From: Rhodospirillaceae bacterium
GTDB lineage: Bacteria > Pseudomonadota > Alphaproteobacteria > CACIAM-22H2
Length of the DNA stretch: 64,000 bases
NCBI GenBank assembly: GCA_022843945.1
Contig: JALHMR010000007.1
Coordinates: 116,546 to 180,545, forward strand
Direction of reading: 5' to 3'
Shown: positions 9,132-21,493 of the stretch, piece after piece
Numbering within the stretch: position 1 is the first letter of the stretch
Layout of the letters: each line of letters starts with the position of its first letter
Position numbers and translations under genes: made by a program
Notes under the pieces: model-generated
What the model was told of the DNA's origin: nothing
The model's input: only the letters and a program-made list of their open reading frames with translations
Databases searched by the model: none

Positions 9132-9860
9132 GATTGCCGCCAGTTCGGCCGGACCGAGGATGCGGTAGCTGCCCGGCGCCAGGTCGTCGGGCAGCGTCAG
9201 CCGACCGATGCTCTCGCGATGCAGGCCCACCACGCGGTTGCGCACCGCGGCGAACATGCGGCGCACCTGATGATAGCGGCCTTCGGTGATCGTCACGGTG
9301 GCTGTGGTCGGCGACAGGGTTTCCATCGTCGCCGGCAGCAGCGGCTTGTCCTCGCCCTCCAGCATCAGCGTGCCCGAGGCGAAGGCCGCGGCTTCGCCGC
9401 CATGCATCGGCCATTTGAGGGTCACGTGGTAGCGCTTGGGCACGTGGTTCTTGGGCGAGATGATGCGGTGCAGGAGCATGCCGTCATCGGTCAGCAGCAG
9501 CAGGCCCGAGGTTTCCTTGTCCAGCCGGCCGATGGTCGACAGCGCCGGCTCGCGCACCTGCCAGCGCGGCGGAAACAGGCCGAAGACGAGGGGGCCGGCT
9601 TCCTTGCGCGAACAGGTCACGCCCAGCGGCTTGTTCAGCATCAGCGTCAGCCCTGGCGGCGGATCGAGCGGCTCGCCGTCGACCGTCATCCGGCCGGGCA
9701 GGTCGGGCGTGATGGCCAGGCGCTGATCGGCATCCTCGACGACATTTCCGTCGAGCGTGACGAGGCCGTCACGCACCATCTGCTGAACGGCCTTGCGCGC
9801 GCCGTAGCCGAGATTGGCCAGCAGCCGGTCCAGCCGGAGGGTGGTGGGGAGCGCGCTCAC
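9120..9860 (-). CDS. rsuA: 16S rRNA pseudouridine synthase, RsuA family
   Basis: S4 start RLDRLL, NKPLG, GRLDKETSGLLLLT, EGRYHQVRRMF. Confidence 0.85.
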   Translation of the reverse strand: MSALPTTLRLDRLLANLGYGARKAVQQMVRDGLVTLDGNVVEDADQRLAITPDLPGRMTVDGEPLDPPPGLTLMLNKPLGVTCSRKEAGPLVFGLFPPRWQVREPALSTIGRLDKETSGLLLLTDDGMLLHRIISPKNHVPKRYHVTLKWPMHGGEAAAFASGTLMLEGEDKPLLPATMETLSPTTATVTITEGRYHQVRRMFAAVRNRVVGLHRESIGRLTLPDDLAPGSYRILGPAELAAILPP

Positions 9861-10774
9861 TTGACGGCCTCGTAGATCTTGTAGCCGCCGGCTTCGGCTT
9901 TCAGCTTGATCTGCTTGAACAGGGTTTTCATCACCCCTTCATAGGGCAGATGGCGATTGGCTGTCAGCCAGCAGGTTCCGCCCGCACGCAGGGCTTCGGC
10001 GGCGCGCCGGATGAAATCCTGGCCGAGAGCCTTGTCCTCGGCGCCGCCGTCGTGAAAAGGCGGGTTCATGATCACGAAGTCGAGGCCGTTCGGCGCCAGG
10101 CCGGCATCACGAAGGTCGGCCCAGCGGAGTTCGGCGCGCGGATCGTCGATGTTGCGGCGCGCGGCCTCGATCGCCCGGCGGTCGTTGTCGATCAGCGTCA
10201 GGCGGCGGATCGCCGGCGAGGCCAGCGCGGTGCGCGACAGGACGCCGATGCCGCACCCAAAGTCGGCGCCGTTCCCCGCCAGGGCAGGAAGATGCTGCAG
10301 GAGGAGGGCGCTGCCGGGATCGATCCGGTCCCAGCTGAAGACCCCGGGCTGCGACCACAGGCCGATCTCCGGGACGAGGCGCTGCGCGCCCGCGGCGATA
10401 GCCTCCTCCAGCCCGCTCAGCGCCTTGGGTCTTGGCGTGGTGCATATCCGGTAGTGACGCCGCGCCGTGTCGTCGACCGTGCAGCCGAAGGCGGTCAGTT
10501 CCCGCGCGATCCGCGTGCCGCCCTTGTCCCGGGGCGCCATGACGGTCAGCGGCGCGCCAGGTTCCAGGGCGCGCAAGGCGAGAGCGATGGCATAGCGCCG
10601 CTCCGCCGTCCCCGGGGGCGCCAGCATCGTCATGCCGGCGAGCGTCGCTTCGCCATGCTGCTCCAGCGCGGCCGCTCCGGGCATCAGCGGCGAGAATTGC
10701 AGCGCGGGCGTCGGCGACGGCATGAAGGCCGCCGGCATCGTGCCGTAGACGCCGAGATTTTCCGTTTCGCTCAT
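9857..10774 (-). CDS. RsmC-like class I SAM methyltransferase
   Basis: PGVFSWDRIDPGS, DFGCGIG, MNPPFH, ANRHLPY. Confidence 0.85.
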   Translation of the reverse strand: MSETENLGVYGTMPAAFMPSPTPALQFSPLMPGAAALEQHGEATLAGMTMLAPPGTAERRYAIALALRALEPGAPLTVMAPRDKGGTRIARELTAFGCTVDDTARRHYRICTTPRPKALSGLEEAIAAGAQRLVPEIGLWSQPGVFSWDRIDPGSALLLQHLPALAGNGADFGCGIGVLSRTALASPAIRRLTLIDNDRRAIEAARRNIDDPRAELRWADLRDAGLAPNGLDFVIMNPPFHDGGAEDKALGQDFIRRAAEALRAGGTCWLTANRHLPYEGVMKTLFKQIKLKAEAGGYKIYEAVK

Positions 10775-10939
10775 GACCCTCGATTTCGCGCCGCGCTGGA
10801 ACTCTGTTAGCTTAATCGAGCTTCGTTGCTGGTGCCGGGAAATCGTTCGCTCTCCAGCGCCGCCCCCTCATTCTCGCCGCTGCTTCTGTTTTCCCATGAC
10901 CCGCTTCGACCAGTTCTCCGGGATTCGTCCCCGGTCGCC

Positions 10940-11836
10940 ATGACGGGGTTGTTCGGCATTGCATCCCGTCGTGGCGCCTATATCGCGCTCGCCTGCCTGT
11001 CGCTGATGTGGGGCCTGAACTGGGCGGCGATGAAGTTCGGGCTGCAATACGCCGATCCGATCATCTTCAACATCGAGCGCACCTGGGTGGCGATCGCCAC
11101 GCTGTTCGGCGTGCTGCTGCTAACGGGCAGGCGTTTCTGGCCCGAGTCCTGGCTCGCCGTCTGTGTCACGGGCTTCTGCCAGACCACGGTCAATTTCGGC
11201 GCTACCGCGATGGCCCTGGCCTCCGGCGGGGCCGGGCGCACGGCCGTGCTGGTGTTCACCATGCCGTTCTGGACCTTGCTGATCGCCTGGCCGGTCCTCG
11301 GCGAGCGGGTGCGCGGCAGCCAGTGGCTGGCCGTGGGCTGCGCGCTCGCCGGGCTGCTGCTCATCGTCGAGCCGTGGGACTGGCAGGGCGACATAGCGCC
11401 GAAACTCTGGGCGACGATTTCGGGATTCGGCTGGGCCGGCGGCACCGTGGCCCAGGCTTACTTCCAGCGCCGCCGCCGGCTGGAAGGCCTCACCTTGATG
11501 ACCTGGCAGATGGTCGTGGGCATCCTGCCGATCACTCTCATTCCGCTTTTCGTGTCGCTGCCGCCGGCCGAGTGGAACACCACCTATCTCGCCTCGATCC
11601 TCTACGCGGGCGTCGTCGCCAGCGGTATCGGCTTCGTCTTGTGGACCGGCATTCTCGCCTGGCTGCCGGCCGGTACCGCGGCCCTCAACATGCTGGTCAT
11701 CCCGGTGATCGCCCTCGTCTCGTCGATGCTGATCTTCGGTGAACGGCTCGATGCGTTGGAATGGGCGGGGATTGCAGCGATCGGCGTGGGTCTCGCCATC
11801 ATCTCGATACGCGCCTGGCGAGCGGCATACCACTGA
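10940..11836 (+). CDS. DMT/EamA transporter
   Basis: About 10 hydrophobic helices, WGLNW and LGER/FGER repeats. Confidence 0.85.
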   Translation: MTGLFGIASRRGAYIALACLSLMWGLNWAAMKFGLQYADPIIFNIERTWVAIATLFGVLLLTGRRFWPESWLAVCVTGFCQTTVNFGATAMALASGGAGRTAVLVFTMPFWTLLIAWPVLGERVRGSQWLAVGCALAGLLLIVEPWDWQGDIAPKLWATISGFGWAGGTVAQAYFQRRRRLEGLTLMTWQMVVGILPITLIPLFVSLPPAEWNTTYLASILYAGVVASGIGFVLWTGILAWLPAGTAALNMLVIPVIALVSSMLIFGERLDALEWAGIAAIGVGLAIISIRAWRAAYH

Positions 11837-11990
11837 TGCTGCAGTGCCACTTAAAATGCTGCGTTGCAGCGTATTTTCCTGCGACAGCCGCGGTTGCGCG
11901 GCGCGAACCGCGGGCCTAGCATCGTTCCTATCCAAGCGGCAAAGAGAGCCAAAGCGCTCCGTGCCGCAACGCCTACAGAGGGGGACACCC

Positions 11991-13067
11991 GTGTCCAAAC
12001 CGTACAACATTCTTATTCTGGGCGCGTCTTACGGCTCGCTCCTGGCCACCAAGCTTCTCTTCGGCGGACATACGATCCGCCTGGTGTGTCTGCCCGCGGA
12101 GGCTGACGCCATCAACGCCGACGGCGCGCGCGTGCGCCTGCCGGTGCGCGGCCGCCAGGATCTCGTCGAGATCCACACCAAGACGCTGCCGGGCAAGCTC
12201 TCGGCGAGCGGCGCCAACATGGTCAATCCGGGCGACTACGACCTGATCGGTCTCGCCATGCAGGAGCCGCAATATCGTTCGCCGGGTGTGCGCGAGCTGC
12301 TCGAAGCCGTGGCCAAGAGCCGCGTGCCCTGCATGTCGATCATGAACATGCCGCCGCTGCCCTACATGAAGCGCATTCCCGGCCTCGACGCCGACAAGCT
12401 GCGCCACGCCTATACCGACGCGACCGTGTGGGACAGCTTCGATCCCAAGCGACTGACCTTGTGCAGCCCCGATCCGCAGGCTTTCCGTCCGCCGGAAGAC
12501 AAGGTCAACGTGCTGCAGGTCACCCTGCCGACCAATTTCAAGGTCGCGCGCTTCGACGAGGACGGCCCGACCGCCATCCTGCGCGATCTGCAGAACGACG
12601 TCGAAGCCATTCGCTACGACGCGGGTGACGGCAACAAGATCGAGTTGCCGGTGAAACTCAAGCTTCATGATTCGGTGTTCGTGCCGCTCGCCAAGTGGAG
12701 CATGCTGATGACCGGCAACTACCGCTGCGTCACCAAGCAGGGCGCGCGCCCCATCCGCGACGCCGTGCACAGCGACCTCGAGGCCTCGCGCACCATGTAC
12801 AACTGGGTGCGCGACCTGTGCATCGGTCTCGGTGCGGCGCCCGAGGACCTCGTGCCGTTCGAGAAATACGCCGCGGCGGCGCAAGGCCTGGCGCGGCCGT
12901 CCTCGGCGGCGCGGGCACTCTTCGCCGGCGCTCCGAACATCGAGCGTGTCGATCGTCTGGTGCAGGGCATCGCCGCGCAAAAGGGCCTGCGCTCCGCCGT
13001 GCTCGACGAGACGGTGGCGCTGGTCGATGCCCAGCTCCAGGTCAATCGCAGCAAGGCGGCCGCATAG
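11991..13067 (+). CDS. Ketopantoate-reductase-like Rossmann protein of unknown function
   Basis: ILGASYGS nucleotide-binding start, LAMQEPQY; GTG start after a GAGGGGG RBS. Confidence 0.7.
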   Translation: MSKPYNILILGASYGSLLATKLLFGGHTIRLVCLPAEADAINADGARVRLPVRGRQDLVEIHTKTLPGKLSASGANMVNPGDYDLIGLAMQEPQYRSPGVRELLEAVAKSRVPCMSIMNMPPLPYMKRIPGLDADKLRHAYTDATVWDSFDPKRLTLCSPDPQAFRPPEDKVNVLQVTLPTNFKVARFDEDGPTAILRDLQNDVEAIRYDAGDGNKIELPVKLKLHDSVFVPLAKWSMLMTGNYRCVTKQGARPIRDAVHSDLEASRTMYNWVRDLCIGLGAAPEDLVPFEKYAAAAQGLARPSSAARALFAGAPNIERVDRLVQGIAAQKGLRSAVLDETVALVDAQLQVNRSKAAA

Positions 13068-13077
13068 CGGCGGCCGC

Positions 13078-13200
13078 CTAGCGCTTCTTCGCGACGCGCC
13101 GCTTCGCTTTTTTGATCGGCTTGCCTTTCGGCCACGGCTGGTAGACGTAGCCAGCCGTGGTCGCGCAGGTCGCCTTTCCGGGCAGCGACTTCTTCTTCAT
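13078..13200 (-). CDS. Putative 40-aa basic small protein
   Basis: MKKKSLPGKATCATTAGYVYQPWPKGKPIKKAKRRVAKKR*; ATG overlaps the ligJ stop (ATGA). Confidence 0.45.
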   Translation of the reverse strand: MKKKSLPGKATCATTAGYVYQPWPKGKPIKKAKRRVAKKR

Positions 13201-14222
13201 TTGGCCTTCTTCTTGAGCAGCTTGTCGAGCCGCGGGAAGACGCGGCGCGCGTTGCCCTCGTAGATCTTCTGCTTGTCGGCGGCGCTGAGCGTCGAGCCCT
13301 CGATGTAGCGCTTGGTGTCGTCGTAGTAGAAGCCGGTCTCGGGATCGACGCCGCGCACCGCCCCCACCATCTCCGAGGCGAAGAGCACGTTCTCCACCGG
13401 GATCACCTTGGTCAGCAGGTCGATGCCCGGCTGGTGATAGACGCAGGTGTCGAAGAACACGTTCTTCAGCAGGTAGTCCTTGAGCAGCGGCTTCTTCATG
13501 TCCTGCGCCAGGCCGCGGTAGCGGCCCCAGTGATAGGGCACGCCGCCGCCGCCATGCGGGATGATGAACTTGAGCGTCGGGAAGTCCTTGAACAGATCGG
13601 CGGTCAGGAACTGCATGAACGCGGTGGTGTCGCCGTTGATGTAATGGGCGCCGGTGGCGTGGAAGTTCGGGTTGCAGGACGTGCTGACATGGACCATGGC
13701 CGGCACCTCGAGCTCGACCATCTTCTCGTAGATCGGATACCAGTAGCGGTCGGTCAGCGGCGGATCGGTCCAGTAGCCGCCCGAGGGATCGGGGTTGAGG
13801 TTGCAGCCGATGAAGCCCAGCTCGTTGACGCAGCGCTCGAGTTCGCGGATCGAGTTCGACGGCGGCACGCCAGGGCTCTGCGGCAGCTGGCAGACGGCGA
13901 CGAAGTTCTCAGGGAAGATCTGGCAGACCCGGTAGATCAGGTCGTTGCAATGGTGCGACCAGTGTTCGCTGGTCGTCGCCGTGCCGACATGGTGCGCCAT
14001 GCCCGAGGCGCGCGGTGAGAAGATCGTCAGGTCGGTGCCGCGCTCGCGCTGGATCTTGAGCTGCGCGCCCTCGATGCTGGTGCGGATCTCGTCGTCGGTG
14101 ATGCGCAGGTCGCCCTTTTCGGGCACGTGCGCCTTGTCCTTGAGGGCGGCGATCTGGGCGTCGCGCCAGTCCTGCAGCTTCTTGGGGGCGGTCGTATAGT
14201 GGCCGTGGCAGTCGATGATCAT
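13197..14222 (-). CDS. ligJ: 4-oxalomesaconate hydratase (amidohydrolase)
   Basis: MIIDCHGHYTTAP, SPRASGMAHH, PHGGGGVPYHWGRYRG, FASEMVGAVRG. Confidence 0.9.
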   Translation of the reverse strand: MIIDCHGHYTTAPKKLQDWRDAQIAALKDKAHVPEKGDLRITDDEIRTSIEGAQLKIQRERGTDLTIFSPRASGMAHHVGTATTSEHWSHHCNDLIYRVCQIFPENFVAVCQLPQSPGVPPSNSIRELERCVNELGFIGCNLNPDPSGGYWTDPPLTDRYWYPIYEKMVELEVPAMVHVSTSCNPNFHATGAHYINGDTTAFMQFLTADLFKDFPTLKFIIPHGGGGVPYHWGRYRGLAQDMKKPLLKDYLLKNVFFDTCVYHQPGIDLLTKVIPVENVLFASEMVGAVRGVDPETGFYYDDTKRYIEGSTLSAADKQKIYEGNARRVFPRLDKLLKKKAK

Positions 14223-14297
14223 CGCGTTTTCCTCGGGGGTGCTGTCTTCGGCCTGCATGCTAGAGCGGCGGCGGGCGCTCCGCTATAGTCCCGGCGC

Positions 14298-16373
<2,076 letters not shown>

Positions 16374-16378
16374 AGCCG

Positions 16379-16777
16379 ATGCGCGGTCTGGCCCCTCCGG
16401 ACCCGGCAGTCTGGCAGTCGCGGGCCGACTGGTTCTGGCGGGCCCACGACGTCAATGCCGGGCCGCAGCCGCTCGATCTCGATCCCCAGGCCACGGTCCT
16501 GCTTGCCGAGCTCGAGGTCGCCTATTGCGCGGGCGCCTGGGCGGCGGTGGTCATCCTCGCCTGGACGCTGGTCGAGGCCACCTTGCGCCGCACCGAAACC
16601 GGCGAGCGCGAGCCGCCGCCCGATGTCGACTGGTTGCGCGAGCAGCGCAACGGCCTGGTGCATATCGGCAGCGCCGCTGAGGTCCCCGACGAGACCGGGA
16701 TGGAGGCGCTCGCCCAGGGCGCCCTGCGGGTCGCCTTCAAGACTCTCTATGCCGCGGCGTGGGGCGCTTCGCGATGA
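16379..16777 (+). CDS. Hypothetical protein with HEPN-like RxxxxH motif
   Basis: ATG 5 nt after the pccA stop, overlaps the acyP start; [15 protein letters not shown] and [11 protein letters not shown]. Confidence 0.65.
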   Translation: MRGLAPPDPAVWQSRADWFWRAHDVNAGPQPLDLDPQATVLLAELEVAYCAGAWAAVVILAWTLVEATLRRTETGEREPPPDVDWLREQRNGLVHIGSAAEVPDETGMEALAQGALRVAFKTLYAAAWGASR

Positions 16778-17055
16778 GCGAGGTCGCCGTGCGGGTGATG
16801 ATCCGCGGCCGCGTCCAGGGCGTCTGGTATCGCGGCTGGACCGTCGACCAGGCGACCGCCAGGGCCTTGCGCGGCTGGGTGCGCAACCGCCGTGACGGCG
16901 CGGTCGAGGCGCTGTTCATCGGCCCGCAGGCCAAGGTGGAAGCGATGATTGCCGCCTGCGAGCAGGGGCCGCCGGCGGCGCGCGTCACCCATGTCGAGCG
17001 CTTCGCGGCCGAGGATGGCGGCGAGGCCGGCTTCGCGCAGCTTGCCACGGAGTAG
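16774..17055 (+). CDS. acyP: Acylphosphatase
   Basis: [28 protein letters not shown]. Confidence 0.93.
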   Translation: MSEVAVRVMIRGRVQGVWYRGWTVDQATARALRGWVRNRRDGAVEALFIGPQAKVEAMIAACEQGPPAARVTHVERFAAEDGGEAGFAQLATE

Positions 17056-17057
17056 GG

Positions 17058-17816
17058 ATGGACGCTGCCTTCGCCGTCGCCGATGTCGGGCTCTGGGACT
17101 TCGCGCTGGTCGCGGTCATCGCCTTCTGCATGTCGGTGATCGGCGGCCTGTCGGGCTACGGCATCGGCCTCATCCTGCCGGCCTTCCTGGCGCCGGTGGT
17201 CGGCGTGGTCGCCACCATCCCGGTGATGTCGGTGGCCATGATCTTCGCCAATGCCAGCCGCGTCTGGGTCTACCGCCATGCCATGTCGTGGCGCTACGTC
17301 GCGCTGCTGCTGGCCGTCTCGCTGCCCATGGCCCTGATCGGCTCGATCGTCTACACGCATCTCTCCGCCGACACGATCGCCACGGCGCTGGGTGTGTTCA
17401 TGATCATTTCTGTCCCCTTGCGCCGGAAGCTGCAGCGCGGCGGCTTCACCCTGGGGCCCCGCGGCCTGGCCGGCGTGGGCGCGGTCTACGGCCTGCTGGC
17501 CGGCGGCATGAGCGGCAGCGGCCTGTTTATGGCGGCCGGGCTGATGGCGGCGGGCGTCCACGGTGCCGCGCTGATCGCCACCGACGCGGCGGTGTCCACC
17601 GCGATCAACCTGCTCAAGGTCGGCGTGTTCGGCGGCTATTCGATGTACACCGCTGACCTGGTCATCGCCGGCATCGTCATCGGCCTGTGCACCGTCCCCG
17701 GCGCCTTCGTGGCCCGGCGCATCATGGACCGCCTGCCGATCCAGGTGCATATCTGGATCATGGAGGTGCTGATCGTCTGCGGCGGCGCCTCTTTCCTGTG
17801 GAAGGCACTGCGCTAG
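17058..17816 (+). CDS. TauE/SafE (TSUP) membrane protein
   Basis: GGLSGYGIG motif, two hydrophobic repeats. Confidence 0.8.
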   Translation: MDAAFAVADVGLWDFALVAVIAFCMSVIGGLSGYGIGLILPAFLAPVVGVVATIPVMSVAMIFANASRVWVYRHAMSWRYVALLLAVSLPMALIGSIVYTHLSADTIATALGVFMIISVPLRRKLQRGGFTLGPRGLAGVGAVYGLLAGGMSGSGLFMAAGLMAAGVHGAALIATDAAVSTAINLLKVGVFGGYSMYTADLVIAGIVIGLCTVPGAFVARRIMDRLPIQVHIWIMEVLIVCGGASFLWKALR

Positions 17817-18499
17817 AGGCGGAACGCCTCTTCGAAAGTGTCGCGCAGGACCGCATCGACCTCCGGCATCGTGGCGGTGATCCCGAGATCGAGCAGCGAG
17901 GTGACCCCGTAGCGCGGCTCCGAGATGCCGCAGGGCACGATGCCGGCGAAGTGCGACAGGTCGCAATCCACGTTCAGCGCCACGCCGTGATAGGCGATCC
18001 AGTGGCGCACGCGCACGCCCAAGGCGGCGATCTTGTCCTCGCGCCGCCCGCCCTGCGGATGCGGGCCGCGATCGACCCAGATCCCGACCCGTCCCGGCCG
18101 TCGCTCGCCGGTGATGTTGAAGCGGGCGAGGGTGAGGATCATCCACTGCTCGAGCCGGGCGACATAGGCGCGCACATCCGCACCCCGCCGGCGCAGGTCG
18201 ACCATCACGTAACCGATGCGCTGGCCCGGCCCGTGATAGGTGTGCTGGCCGCCGCGGCCGGTGTCATAGACCGGAAAACGCCCGGGATCGCGCAACCCGT
18301 CCGGCTGGGACGAGGTGCCGGCCGTATAGAGGGGCGGGTGTTCCAGGAGCCAGACCAGTTCCGGCGCCTGGCCCGCTCGGATGGCCGCCACCCGGGCTTC
18401 CATCTCCGCCACGGCCTGCGGGTAAGCCACGGGCGTATCGGAAAACCGCCACGCGAGGGCACCCAAGTCTTTGGCAGGAAATGCGCTTTCTGGGCTCAT
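17813..18499 (-). CDS. lipB: Lipoyl(octanoyl) transferase
   Basis: [39 protein letters not shown]. Confidence 0.95.
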   Translation of the reverse strand: MSPESAFPAKDLGALAWRFSDTPVAYPQAVAEMEARVAAIRAGQAPELVWLLEHPPLYTAGTSSQPDGLRDPGRFPVYDTGRGGQHTYHGPGQRIGYVMVDLRRRGADVRAYVARLEQWMILTLARFNITGERRPGRVGIWVDRGPHPQGGRREDKIAALGVRVRHWIAYHGVALNVDCDLSHFAGIVPCGISEPRYGVTSLLDLGITATMPEVDAVLRDTFEEAFRL

Positions 18500-18607
18500 C
18501 AGGGCTATCCGGGGAGCGGGCTGCCCTTGCAACCCTACCCCCGATTTGCTATGTCCCCCGCTCTGCGAAGGCAAGGCTGCGGCTCCGGTCCGCGGCTTTT
18601 CCCCCAG

Positions 18608-18693
18608 GCGGTCGTGGCGGAATGGTAGACGCGCTAGCTTGAGGTGCTAGTGGGAGAAATCCCGTGGAAGTTCGACTCTTCTCGACCGCACCA
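18608..18693 (+). tRNA. tRNA-Leu(GAG)
   Basis: Cloverleaf GCGGTCG..CGACCGC-ACCA, anticodon arm CTAGC-TTGAGGT-GCTAG, long variable arm. Confidence 0.97.
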
Positions 18694-18752
18694 ACTTATC
18701 TTGCCGGACGGTAACCGGGTTTGAAAGCACCGATGATGAAGGCGGGGCGTCG

Positions 18753-21047
18753 ATGACGGACCAACCGTTGCGTGACGCGGCGCTCGAGTATCATCGCCAG
18801 TCACCGCCGGGCAAGCTGGCGGTCGTCGCCACCAAGCCCCTCAACAACCAGCGCGACCTCTCCCTGGCCTATTCGCCGGGTGTGGCCGCCGCCTGCGAGG
18901 CGATCGCCGCCAACCCAGCCGATGCCGCGCTCTACACCGCCCGCGGCAACCTCGTCGCCGTCATCACCAACGGCACCGCCGTGCTCGGCCTGGGCTCGAT
19001 CGGCCCGCTCGCCGCCAAGCCGGTGATGGAAGGCAAGGCGGTGCTCTTCAAGAAATTCGCCGGTATCGACGTCTTCGATATCGAGGTCGACTGCAAGGAC
19101 GTCGACCGCTTCGTCGACGTGGTTGCCGCGCTCGAGCCGACCTTCGGCGGCATCAACCTCGAGGACATCAAGGCGCCGGAGTGTTTCGAGATCGAGCGCC
19201 GCCTGCGCGAGCGTCTCAAGATCCCGGTCTTCCATGACGACCAGCACGGCACCGCGATCATCGTTGCCGCCGCCATCGTCAACGGGCTGAAGGTGGTCGG
19301 CAAGGAGATCGGCCAGGTCAAGCTGGTCGTCTCGGGAGCGGGGGCCGCGGCACTCGCCTGCCTCGACCTGCTCGTCGACCTCGGCATCAAGCACGACAAT
19401 ATCTGGGTCACCGACATCGAGGGCGTGGTCTACAAGGGCCGCAAGGCGCTGATGGACCCGCGCAAGGAGCGTTACGCCCGCGACACCAACGCCCGCAAGC
19501 TAGCCGAGGTCATCGCCGATGCGGACGTGTTCCTCGGCCTGTCGGCGCCCGGCGTGCTCAAGAAGGACATGGTGGCCAAGATGGCCAAGGCGCCGCTCAT
19601 CCTGGCGCTGGCCAACCCGACGCCAGAGATCCTGCCGGAGGAAGTCAAACAGGTGCGGCCGGACGCGGTGATCGCCACCGGCCGCTCGGACTATCCCAAC
19701 CAGGTCAACAACGTCCTCTGCTTCCCCTTCATCTTCCGCGGGGCGCTCGATGTCGGCGCCACGACGATCAACGAGGCGATGAAGATCGCCTGCGTCAAGG
19801 CGCTCGCGCATCTTGCTCAAGCTGAACCGTCGGACATCGTGGTCCAGGCCTATGGGGGCCAGCCGCCGGCCTTTGGCCCAGAGAATCTGATCCCGCGGCC
19901 CTTCGATCCGCGCCTCATCACCGAACTGGCGCCCGCCGTTGCCAAGGCCGCCATGGACTCCGGCGTGGCCACACGACCGATCAGCGACTTCCGCGCTTAT
20001 CGTCAGAGACTGGGTGATCTGGTCTTCCGCTCCGGCATCACCATGAAGCCGGTCTTCGACCGCGCCAAGCAGGACCCGCGCCGCGTGGTCTATTGCGAGG
20101 GCGAGGAAGAGCGCGTGCTGCAGGCCGTGCAGACGGTGGTCGACGAGGGCATCGCCAAGCCGATCCTTATCGGCCGGCAGGACGTGGTCGCCAGGCGCAT
20201 CCAGCAGCTCGGCCTGCGCCTGCGCCAGGACAAGGACTTCGAGCTGGTCAATCCCGAGAGTGATCCGCGCTATCCCGAATACTGGCGCCTGCTGCATTCG
20301 CTGATGGAGCGGCGCGGCGTGACCCCGGAGCTGGCGCGCGAGCTGACCCGCACGCGCACCACGGTGATCGGCTCGCTGATGCTGCGCCGGGGCGAGGCGG
20401 AGGCCATGCTCTGCGGCACCTCGGGTGCCTACCCGCAGCACCTGCGCAACATCGTCGACATCGTCGGCGCCGATCCCAGCGTGCACGTGCCGGCGGCGCT
20501 GACCATGCTCATCCTCTCGAAGGGCGTCTTCTTCCTCGTCGACACCCACGTCACCCAGGACCCGACGGCCGAGCAGCTGGCCGAGACGACGATCCTTGCC
20601 GCGCGCGAGGTCCGGCGCTTCGGCATCGAGCCCAAGATCGCACTACTCTCTCATTCCAACTTCGGCAGCCGCGACGTGGCCTCGGCCGCCAAGATGCGCG
20701 ACGCGCTGGTCATGCTGCGCAAGCTGGCGCCCGAACTGGAGGTCGACGGCGAGATGCACGGCGATGCCGCCATCAGCGAATCAATCCGCAACCGCATCTT
20801 TCCCAGCTCGCGGCTCAAGGGCACAGCGAACCTGCTGGTCATGCCCACGCTTGACGCCGCCAACATCGCCTTCAACCTGCTCAAGCAGCTCGGTGACGGC
20901 GTCTCGGTCGGGCCGATGCTCCTTGGCCTCGCCCGGCCAGCCCATATCCTCACCTCGTCGGTGACCGTGCGCGGCATCGTCAATATGAGCGCGCTCGCCG
21001 TGGTCGATGCCCAGGTCCATGCCGCGGCGCAGCCCCCGGCCGGGTAA
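18753..21047 (+). CDS. maeB: NADP-dependent malic enzyme with phosphotransacetylase-like domain
   Basis: [36 protein letters not shown]-terminal PTA-like DGEMHGD. Confidence 0.95.
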   Translation: MTDQPLRDAALEYHRQSPPGKLAVVATKPLNNQRDLSLAYSPGVAAACEAIAANPADAALYTARGNLVAVITNGTAVLGLGSIGPLAAKPVMEGKAVLFKKFAGIDVFDIEVDCKDVDRFVDVVAALEPTFGGINLEDIKAPECFEIERRLRERLKIPVFHDDQHGTAIIVAAAIVNGLKVVGKEIGQVKLVVSGAGAAALACLDLLVDLGIKHDNIWVTDIEGVVYKGRKALMDPRKERYARDTNARKLAEVIADADVFLGLSAPGVLKKDMVAKMAKAPLILALANPTPEILPEEVKQVRPDAVIATGRSDYPNQVNNVLCFPFIFRGALDVGATTINEAMKIACVKALAHLAQAEPSDIVVQAYGGQPPAFGPENLIPRPFDPRLITELAPAVAKAAMDSGVATRPISDFRAYRQRLGDLVFRSGITMKPVFDRAKQDPRRVVYCEGEEERVLQAVQTVVDEGIAKPILIGRQDVVARRIQQLGLRLRQDKDFELVNPESDPRYPEYWRLLHSLMERRGVTPELARELTRTRTTVIGSLMLRRGEAEAMLCGTSGAYPQHLRNIVDIVGADPSVHVPAALTMLILSKGVFFLVDTHVTQDPTAEQLAETTILAAREVRRFGIEPKIALLSHSNFGSRDVASAAKMRDALVMLRKLAPELEVDGEMHGDAAISESIRNRIFPSSRLKGTANLLVMPTLDAANIAFNLLKQLGDGVSVGPMLLGLARPAHILTSSVTVRGIVNMSALAVVDAQVHAAAQPPAG

Positions 21048-21057
21048 GGGCGAGACG

Positions 21058-21447
21058 GTGGCGGCGACGTACGGCATCGCCGACCTCGCGCGCGAGTTCG
21101 ATGTCACGACGCGCACCCTGCGCTTCTACGAGGACGAGGGCCTGATCGCGCCCGAGCGCCAGGGCCAGAAGCGCATCTTCTCCGCGCGCGACCGCGTGCG
21201 CCTCAAGCTCATCCTGCGCGGCAAGCGGCTCGGCTTCTCCATCGGAGAGATCCGCGAAATCATCAATCTCTACGACGCGCCGCCGGGCGAGGTCGGGCAG
21301 ATCCGCTTCTTCCTCGACAAGATCCGTGAGCGGCGTGCCGCCCTGGAGCGCCAGCGCGACGATATCGCCGCCACGCTCGATGAGCTGGCCGATGTCGAGG
21401 CCCGCTGTACCACCCAGCTGCGCGACCTCGGTAAGCGCCACAGTTGA
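21058..21447 (+). CDS. liuR: MerR-family regulator LiuR
   Basis: YGIADLAREFDVTTRTLRFYEDEGL..RLKLILRGKRLGFS; adjacent liu genes and operator. Confidence 0.85.
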   Translation: MAATYGIADLAREFDVTTRTLRFYEDEGLIAPERQGQKRIFSARDRVRLKLILRGKRLGFSIGEIREIINLYDAPPGEVGQIRFFLDKIRERRAALERQRDDIAATLDELADVEARCTTQLRDLGKRHS

Positions 21448-21472
21448 CGTTTACGTAAACGTAAAGTATAGT
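21444..21472 (+). promoter_or_regulatory. Sigma70 promoter with LiuR operator
   Basis: TTGACG-N17-TATAGT enclosing TTACGTAAACGTAA. Confidence 0.85.
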
Positions 21473-21493
21473 CCGGATATCCTGGAGAGAGGA

